A stretch of 24,000 nt of DNA, taken from the NCBI GenBank assembly GCA_965218275.1, contig CBDCKM010000002.1:1474501-1498500 (forward strand), written 5' to 3'. The notes beneath the pieces are model-generated. The model worked only from the letters and a program-made list of their open reading frames with translations. It made no database searches and was not told the DNA's origin. How positions within the stretch are numbered: position 1 is the first letter of the stretch; the number at the start of each line of letters is the position of its first letter. Source of the DNA: Alphaproteobacteria bacterium. Its GTDB lineage: Bacteria; Pseudomonadota; Alphaproteobacteria; UBA828. This document shows positions 18,692-24,000 of the stretch, piece after piece. Both the position numbers and the translations under genes were made by a program.

Positions 18692-21052
18692 TCAGGCTCC
18701 GGCCGCCCGCATCGCGCGCCAGACGCGCTCGGCCGTGAACGGCATTTCGACATGGCGGACGCCGAGGTGCCAGAGCGCGTCGAGAACGGCATTGCCGATG
18801 GCGGCCGGCGGGCCCGAGGTGCCGAGCTCGCCCACCCCCTTGACGCCGAGCGGGTTGGTCGCGGTCAGCGTCTCGTGGCTCGCGAGGGCGAAGTCCGGCA
18901 GGTCGCCGGCGCGCGGCAACGCGTAGTCCATGAAGGAGCCGGTCAGCAGCTGGCCCGATTCCGGGTCGTAGCGGACGTCCTCCAGCAGCGCCTGGCCGAT
19001 GCCCTGGGCGGCGGCCCCGTGGCGCTGCCCGTCCACCACCAGCGGATTGATCACCAGGCCCGCGTCTTCCACCGAATAGTAGCCGGTGAGCCGCACCGCG
19101 CCGGTCCCGGCATCGACGGTGACGGTCGCGACGTGGGTGCCGTAGGGATAGTTGAAGTCGTCCGGGTCGAAGAACGCCGCCTCTTCGAGCCCGAGCTCGA
19201 AGCCGTCGGGGTAGCTCGCGCCGCGATAGGCCATGTCGGCGATCTCTACGAAGCTCATCCGCCGGTCGGTGCCGCGCACGGCGTAGGCGCCGGAGCGGAA
19301 GTCGATGTCGTCCTCGGCGCATTCCATGAGGTGGGCGGCGAGGCGCCGGCCCTTGTCGATGACGCGGTCGGAGGCCACGGCGAGCGCGCTCCCCACTACG
19401 GTGATCGAGCGCGAGGCCCAGGTGCCGAGGCCGTGGGGAATCCGGTCGGTATCGCCTTCCACCACGTCGATGTCGGCGAGCGCGCAGCCGAAGCGGTCGG
19501 CGACGATCTGCGCATAGGTGGTGGCGTGGGACTGGCCGTGGCTGTGGCTGCCGCAGAGCACGGTGATCTTGCCGCTGGGGTGGACGCGCACGGTGGCCAC
19601 GTCCCAGAACCCCATGCGGGCACCCAGGGCGGCGGCGAGGCGGCTCGGGCCGGCGCCGCCGGAGCGGACGAAGGCGGCCATGCCGATCCCCATCAGCGTG
19701 CCGCCCGCCCGGAGCCGCGCCTGCTCGGCCCTGAGCGCCTCGATGCCGGCGAGCCTGCGCGCTTTGTCCATGACTGCCGGGAAGTCGCCGACATCGTAGG
19801 TGACGCCGGTGGCGCTCGCGTAAGGCATGGAAGCGGCGGGCACGAGGTTGCGCGCCCGCGCCGCGAGCGGGTCGCCGGCGCGCTCCCGCGCGCCGTTCTC
19901 GACCAGGCGCTCGATCACGTAGGTGATCTCCGGATTGCCGGCGCCGCGATAGGCGTCGACCGGCGTGGTGTGGGTGTAGACGCCGCGCACCCGGCAGTGA
20001 ATCGCGGGGATCGCATACTGGCCGGACGCCATGGAGGCGCAGAATATTGACGGGATGCAGGCGGCGAACTGGCTCTGATAGGCGCCGAGATTGGCGATGG
20101 TGTCCACCTCGAGGGCGGCGATGCGGCCGTCCGCGTCGAAGGCCATGCGCGCCTCGGTCGCATGATCGCGGGCGTGGATGTCCACCGTCAGCGTCTCGGC
20201 GCGGGTCGCGGTCCAGCGCACGGGCCGGCCCACCAGCCGGGCGGCCCAGGGCAGGCTCGCCTCCTCCGGGTAGTGATAGGTCTTCTGGCCGAAGCCGCCG
20301 CCGACATCGGGCGCCACCACCCTGATCGCGTGCTCGGGCGCACGCAGCGTGTCGCGCGCAAGCCACTGGCGGACGAGATGCGGGTTCTGGGTCGTGGACC
20401 AGAGCGTGTAGCGGCCGTCGCCCCGGTCGTACGCGCCGATGGCCGCGCGCGGCTCGATCGCGCTCGGCGCGAGACGGTTGTTGGCGAGCCGCAGCGCCGT
20501 GACCTGGGTCGCGGCGGCGAAGGCCGCCTTGACCGCATCTGCATCGCCGATGCGCCAGTCGTAGGAGACGTTGCTCCCGAACCGATCGTGCACCAGCGGC
20601 GCCCCCGGCTCGACCGTCGCAGCGAGGTCGGTCACTGCGGCGAGCGGCTCCCACGCGACCTCGACCGCGGCCGCGGCGTCGGCCGCGGCGTGCGGGTCTT
20701 CGGCGACGGCGAGGGCCACCGTATCGCCCACATGGCGGGCCTCGCCGTCGGCGAATATGGGCCGGGGAGCGGTCGCCATCGGGGTGCCGTCATGGGAGGC
20801 GATGTCCCACAGCACATCGGTGTCGCCGCCCCCGTCCCGGCGCCAGTCCGCGCCGTTCAGCACCGCCAGCACCCCCGGCATGGCGCCCGCCCGGGCGGTG
20901 TCGATGGCACGGAAGCGGGCGCGGGCATGGGGGCTGCGGACGAAGGCGGCGTATGCCTCTCCGGCCAAGCGGATGTCGTCCACGAAGCGGCCCCGGCCGG
21001 TCAGGAAGCGGTCGTCTTCCAGTCGCGCGTACGCCGTGCCGACATGCGCCAT
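18692..21052 (-). CDS. xanthine dehydrogenase family molybdopterin-binding large subunit (form-II CoxL-like)
   Basis: 786 aa with N-terminal ARLEDDRFLTGRGRFVDDI, the GGGFGQK block and the active-site loop AYRGAGNPE (19934-19954, verified by translation). That loop resembles the form-II CoxL AYRGAGR signature, not the form-I AYRCSFR. Confidence 0.88.
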   Translation of the reverse strand: MAHVGTAYARLEDDRFLTGRGRFVDDIRLAGEAYAAFVRSPHARARFRAIDTARAGAMPGVLAVLNGADWRRDGGGDTDVLWDIASHDGTPMATAPRPIFADGEARHVGDTVALAVAEDPHAAADAAAAVEVAWEPLAAVTDLAATVEPGAPLVHDRFGSNVSYDWRIGDADAVKAAFAAATQVTALRLANNRLAPSAIEPRAAIGAYDRGDGRYTLWSTTQNPHLVRQWLARDTLRAPEHAIRVVAPDVGGGFGQKTYHYPEEASLPWAARLVGRPVRWTATRAETLTVDIHARDHATEARMAFDADGRIAALEVDTIANLGAYQSQFAACIPSIFCASMASGQYAIPAIHCRVRGVYTHTTPVDAYRGAGNPEITYVIERLVENGARERAGDPLAARARNLVPAASMPYASATGVTYDVGDFPAVMDKARRLAGIEALRAEQARLRAGGTLMGIGMAAFVRSGGAGPSRLAAALGARMGFWDVATVRVHPSGKITVLCGSHSHGQSHATTYAQIVADRFGCALADIDVVEGDTDRIPHGLGTWASRSITVVGSALAVASDRVIDKGRRLAAHLMECAEDDIDFRSGAYAVRGTDRRMSFVEIADMAYRGASYPDGFELGLEEAAFFDPDDFNYPYGTHVATVTVDAGTGAVRLTGYYSVEDAGLVINPLVVDGQRHGAAAQGIGQALLEDVRYDPESGQLLTGSFMDYALPRAGDLPDFALASHETLTATNPLGVKGVGELGTSGPPAAIGNAVLDALWHLGVRHVEMPFTAERVWRAMRAAGA

Positions 21053-21219
21053 GGGCGCGCTCCCTGCGCTGCAGCCGCCGCACCCGCGATCCCCACGCAG
21101 GCGCCGCCGCGGGCCGCCCGCAGGCTAGTAGGCAGGCGCGCGGGCGTCCACCCTCGATCCCCGGTGGTGCGGCTGCGTGCTATGGTGGGCATCCGCGCGG
21201 CGGAACGGGGAAAGAAACG

Positions 21220-22278
21220 ATGCTGAAACCGGAGACCGCCGTCCTCGTATCGCGGCTCGACCGGGTGCTGCAGGACCATGTAGCCAGGGGCGTGGTCGGC
21301 GCCTCGCTCGCCATGATCCAGCCGGGGCGGGAGCTCCTGACCCTCGCCGCCGGCCGGGCCGACCGGGCCACCGGCGCGCCGCTCACCCCGGACCACCTGT
21401 TCAGGACCGCCAGCACCAGGAAGACCTGGACGGCGGTCGCCGTTCTCGCGCTGGTGCGCGAGGGGCGCCTGCGTCTGGATCAGACCGTCGAAGGATGGTT
21501 CCCGCAGCTGCCGCGCGCGGGCGAGATTCGCATCCGCCACCTGCTCAGCCACCGCAGCGGCCTGCCCGAATACGAGGCGTCCATGCCCAAGGGCTCGGCC
21601 GACGACTGGACGGCGGAGAGGATCGTCGAATTCGCGCTCGCCGGCGGCAGGCAGGACGCGCCGGGCGAAACCTTCGTCTATTCCAACACCGGCTATGTGC
21701 TGGCCGGCGAGATCGTCGCTGCCGAGCGCGGCGAGCCGCTCTCCCGCTGGCTCAGGCGCGACGTCTTCGCGCCGGCCGGCATGGGCGAGACCTGGTGCGG
21801 CGGGGACGAGGCCTTTCCGCGCGAGCGCCTGGCCCGCGCCTACGTGTTCGACTCGGAGAGTGCGGAAGCGCCGCCGGAGGAATCGACGGCGTGGTTCCCG
21901 CTCTCGGGGATCGGGGCGGCGGGCGATCTGGTCACGACCCCGCGCGACCTCGCGCGCGGCACCCACGCGCTCTTCTCGGGCCAAGTGCTGGACCGGGCGG
22001 GCCTCGACCTGCTGACGACACCCTTGCTGCCGGCGTGGTTTGCGGGCACCGCCATCACCCACTGCGGCCACGGCGTCCTGGTCTCCCGCTTCGGCGACCT
22101 TGTGATCGAAGGCCATCTCGGCCAGTTGCGCGGCCACGTCACCATGGCCGGCCATCACGCGGCGAGCGGGGTTACCGCCGTGCTCTGCCAGAACTCGGCG
22201 TCGAGCGATCTGGAGGCGTTCGGCTCCGCCGGCATCCATGCCGCCTTCGCCGAGCTGTTCCGCCTGGCAGGCGCCTGA
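21220..22278 (+). CDS. serine hydrolase (class C beta-lactamase / PBP-like family)
   Basis: 352 aa from the ATG at 21220. It has the S-x-x-K nucleophile motif (FRTASTRKTW) and YSNTGY (the Y-x-N element). The upstream part of the track ORF is Arg/Pro-rich junk. Confidence 0.85.
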   Translation: MLKPETAVLVSRLDRVLQDHVARGVVGASLAMIQPGRELLTLAAGRADRATGAPLTPDHLFRTASTRKTWTAVAVLALVREGRLRLDQTVEGWFPQLPRAGEIRIRHLLSHRSGLPEYEASMPKGSADDWTAERIVEFALAGGRQDAPGETFVYSNTGYVLAGEIVAAERGEPLSRWLRRDVFAPAGMGETWCGGDEAFPRERLARAYVFDSESAEAPPEESTAWFPLSGIGAAGDLVTTPRDLARGTHALFSGQVLDRAGLDLLTTPLLPAWFAGTAITHCGHGVLVSRFGDLVIEGHLGQLRGHVTMAGHHAASGVTAVLCQNSASSDLEAFGSAGIHAAFAELFRLAGA

Positions 22279-22312
22279 TCCCGCCCGCCCTCGCGCGTAC
22301 GCCGGGTGAGGC

Positions 22313-22342
22313 GAACACGCGGCGGCTGAGGGAAAAGAAAAA
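22313..22342 (+). repeat. solo copy of the purQ-purS repeat head motif (CGGCGnCTGAGGGAAAA)
   Basis: GAACACGCGGCGGCTGAGGGAAAAGAAA matches the reverse complement of the repeat head GAGCGCCCGGCGCCTGAGGGAAAACAAA at 20 of the first 24 nt, including an exact CTGAGGGAAAA 11-mer. Hand alignment. Confidence 0.45.
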
Positions 22343-22351
22343 CGGAATTTC

Positions 22352-22891
22352 CTAGTTTAAGGTCTTATAATCGCTTTCCAGCGGCGCCACGGCTCTGATC
22401 TTCGATCGCTCATAAAGCAATATCCAAAGGTTTAATCGTTGGCGCAACGGAGATCTGACACGACGTTTTAATTCCTTCAAATACTGTGTCGAGGCGGGGA
22501 GTGCCAGACCTAGAAACACCCCTGAGTCTTTTGCATACTCATCCAATTGGGAAGGGGTGGCTGGCCTGTCTTCATAGTATGAGACGACGCTGGCCAAGGC
22601 CCTATCAAAATTGTTTCGTTGCGTTTGGGGCTTGCCTGTTCCAACCCCCTTACATTCGACACACCACCATTCCTTTTCAGAGACAGCTATAATATCCGGG
22701 CCGGAACTAACGAACTCTGGTTCTCGGCCTGCGGGTTTGTACAAATCCTTGATTTTCGTCTTAGTCAAACCGTGGTCAACACCTTTTCCAGATGCCACAG
22801 AAATCCGATATGGCAATGTCTTCCGTTCTTTTATGAGGTATTTGATGGTTGCGAGAAAAACGTCACCTTCACTGATGCTTGTAATTTCCAT
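22352..22891 (-). CDS. hypothetical protein with PD-(D/E)xK nuclease signature, archaeal Hjc-resolvase-like
   Basis: This is a 179-codon ORF in about 45% GC DNA, where stops are frequent. GGAGG lies 9 nt upstream of the ATG. Codon usage is A/T-ending, unlike all neighbours. The motif SSGPDIIAVSEKEWWCVECKG (D66...E79-x-K81) plus the later GVFLGLALP parallels Hjc blocks as I recall them (ASGS..PDIIAL...IEMKS...SLFLGVKKP). Confidence 0.7.
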   Translation of the reverse strand: MEITSISEGDVFLATIKYLIKERKTLPYRISVASGKGVDHGLTKTKIKDLYKPAGREPEFVSSGPDIIAVSEKEWWCVECKGVGTGKPQTQRNNFDRALASVVSYYEDRPATPSQLDEYAKDSGVFLGLALPASTQYLKELKRRVRSPLRQRLNLWILLYERSKIRAVAPLESDYKTLN

Positions 22892-23110
22892 GGGTGGCTT
22901 CCTCCGTCGTCCAGTGCTAACGGGATCGTCTCGTTCTGCTTCGGGTAGGCGTGCTGCAAGCCTCGCATGAAGCTGGTCCAGTTAGGGGTGGCGCGCATGA
23001 GCGCCATCTCTCACAAGACTGAATAAAGACACTCCAGAGCGGGGCGCCAAGACCTAAAACTAGTGTCGTGTCCCGGAACTCATGACGAATAATACCAGCG
23101 TCCCCTTCAC

Positions 23111-23198
23111 GTCATGGCCGGGCTTGTCCCGGCCATCCACGGGGGCACCACGGTCTCGCCCAGCGCGACGGGATGCCCGGAACAAGTCCGGGCATGAC
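23111..23198. repeat. REP doublet (two inverted copies of a 28-nt hairpin element, REPIN-like)
   Basis: GTCATGGCCGGGCTTGTCCCGGCCATCC (23111-23138) and its inverted relative GGATGCCCGGAACAAGTCCGGGCATGAC (23171-23198) are separated by 32 nt. Each forms a 9-bp hairpin. This is the element that yields the spurious WMAGTSPAMT peptide in the ORF track. Confidence 0.75.
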
Positions 23199-23261
23199 GG
23201 CAAAAGCCAACGTTATTCATGCGTTTTCCGGGACGCTTCACTAGGAAATCCCGAAGAAAGA

Positions 23262-23864
23262 TTACCGCCGGTACTCCGTCATGGCGTCCAGCAGCCAGGT
23301 CGCGAGGTAGACGCTGAACGAGTTGCGCACCGTGATCTCGTAGGTCGGCGCATCGTCGGTGTGGTGCAGGATCGCCTGCGCCCTGGCGAGCGCCGTCTGC
23401 ATGCAGCCGCCGGGCTTGAACGCGCGCGGGTGCAGGTCGAGCCGGCAGCCCTTCATCAGCACCGCGCCGGCGTTGGCGCCGGCAAGCGCCAGCGTCGCGT
23501 ACATGGCGCTCACGTCGCACACCGCGTGGTGGCGGCCGGCGAGGGCGGCGCCGAGCGCGTTCTGGAGCGTGGCGCCGGCGGCGGCCGGGCCGGTCAGCAG
23601 CCACTCGTCGGGGCCGAGCGGGAGGAAGGTCCAGTCCTCGCCGGCGCCGGCGGCGGTGACGGCGGTGTTCGGCGTGCGGGGCAGCGCGGCGCCGAGCACG
23701 GCGGCGGCGGCGGCCAGCGCCTCCGCATCCTCGGGGTCGAGCCGGAGGTTGAGGCGCGCGCGGGCGGGCCGCTCGGCGAGGGTCACGCCGTCCGCGCGGG
23801 CTCCGGCCAGCGCGTCCGCGAGCGCGGCGAGGGGGCTGCGCGGGGCGGGGGCCGGCTCAGCCAT
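23262..23864 (-). CDS. soxG: sarcosine oxidase subunit gamma
   Basis: 200 aa, Ala-rich. The C-terminal part GCRLDLHPRAF...QTALARAQAILHHTDD...YEITVRNSFSVYLATWLLDA fits the SoxG family. The ATG overlaps the stop of the upstream soxA-like gene by 8 nt. Confidence 0.8.
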   Translation of the reverse strand: MAEPAPAPRSPLAALADALAGARADGVTLAERPARARLNLRLDPEDAEALAAAAAVLGAALPRTPNTAVTAAGAGEDWTFLPLGPDEWLLTGPAAAGATLQNALGAALAGRHHAVCDVSAMYATLALAGANAGAVLMKGCRLDLHPRAFKPGGCMQTALARAQAILHHTDDAPTYEITVRNSFSVYLATWLLDAMTEYRR

Positions 23865-24000
23865 CCCGCCTGGCTCCTTCCGGATCGTAGAACGCGGGCT
23901 TCGTGACCGTGCAGGGGAGAAAGCCCCTGGCAGGGGCCGCGTGGACGCTCTCGCCGATGCGGTCGCGGCCGCCCTTCACCAGCGCGAGCGCGATGGAGCG
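23857..24000 (-). CDS. soxA: sarcosine oxidase subunit alpha, C-terminal fragment (partial at window edge)
   Basis: My minus-strand translation is RSIALALVKGGRDRIGESVHAAPARGFLPCTVTKPAFYDPEGARRDG*, which resembles the SoxA C-terminus (LALV..G....G..V......V..P.FYDPEG). It runs off the window end. Confidence 0.7.
   Translation of the reverse strand, partial: RSIALALVKGGRDRIGESVHAAPARGFLPCTVTKPAFYDPEGARRDG

Larger units (their letters stand above)
22331..23260. other. low-GC islet, probable horizontally acquired insertion
   Basis: Hand counts: 22/60 G+C at 22801-22860, 26/60 at 22741-22800 and 29/60 at 22381-22440. Flanks give 41/60 at 22201-22260 and 43/60 at 23341-23400. The right edge is ambiguous, either about 23100 before the REP doublet or about 23260. 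Confidence 0.8.

Noticed and set aside
22486-22970. Plus-strand ORFs 22486..22692, 22611..22970 and 22619..22948 inside the islet.
   Set aside because: They are antisense to the better-supported 179-aa ORF, shorter, lack an RBS and have odd composition.
22831-23007. 58-aa minus-strand ORF (MALMRATPNWTSFMRGLQHAYPKQNE...) upstream of the islet gene and overlapping it by 61 nt, considered as a partner or antitoxin gene.
   Set aside because: It has no SD and no recognisable fold or motif. Its 3' third is simply the alternative frame of the 179-aa gene start. It may deserve a check by ribosome profiling but is not supportable from sequence.
22331-23260. Islet considered as an integron gene cassette with an attC site.
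   Set aside because: I could not find paired RYYYAAC/GTTRRRY core sites flanking the ORF. GTTAGGG at 22981 fails the last position. No intI or attI is present in the window.
23082-23906. ORFs 23082..23906(+) and 23107..23604(-), the latter ending ...WMAGTSPAMT.
   Set aside because: Both are antisense or off-frame to soxG and read through the REP doublet. The MAGTSPAMT-type peptide is the known translation artefact of this REP hairpin.

Overview
This is a high-GC chromosomal segment; hand counts of 60-nt lines give about 68-72% G+C. Gene content and order look alphaproteobacterial, probably Hyphomicrobiales/Rhizobiales-like, which is an inference. Most of the window is conserved housekeeping DNA.

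Plus-strand run: gor, class II DAHP synthase, a short-form nicotinate phosphoribosyltransferase, nadE, cysS, a TrmJ-like methyltransferase, rpsD and a cupin gene.

Minus-strand block: purC-purS-purQ-purL-bolA-grxD plus a DOPA-dioxygenase-family gene. It is followed by an NRDE-family gene divergent from an F1-ATPase zeta-inhibitor (DUF1476) homologue.

Remaining genes: a translationally coupled split ThDP decarboxylase (ComD/ComE-like), an SDR, a molybdopterin hydroxylase large subunit (form-II CoxL-like) with no partner subunits in view, a serine hydrolase, and the 3' end of a sarcosine oxidase operon (soxA', soxG). I saw no rRNA, tRNA, CRISPR array, transposase or integrase.

Anomalies, strongest first:
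1. A roughly 0.8-0.9 kb low-GC islet (about 22331-23260, 37-53% G+C). It carries one well-formed 179-aa ORF with an Hjc-like PD-(D/E)xK nuclease signature, flanked by a short inverted repeat and next to a REP doublet.
2. A 143-bp tandem repeat array that separates purS from purQ by 420 bp and supplies the purQ ribosome-binding site. A solo copy of its head motif lies at the islet border.
3. A decayed vapBC toxin-antitoxin remnant.
4. A REP doublet whose four sequence differences are all compensatory.

Many long ORFs in the track are antisense or off-frame artefacts of the high GC content and are rejected. All functional calls rest on motifs I recognise by eye and on recalled family sequences; no database search was run.
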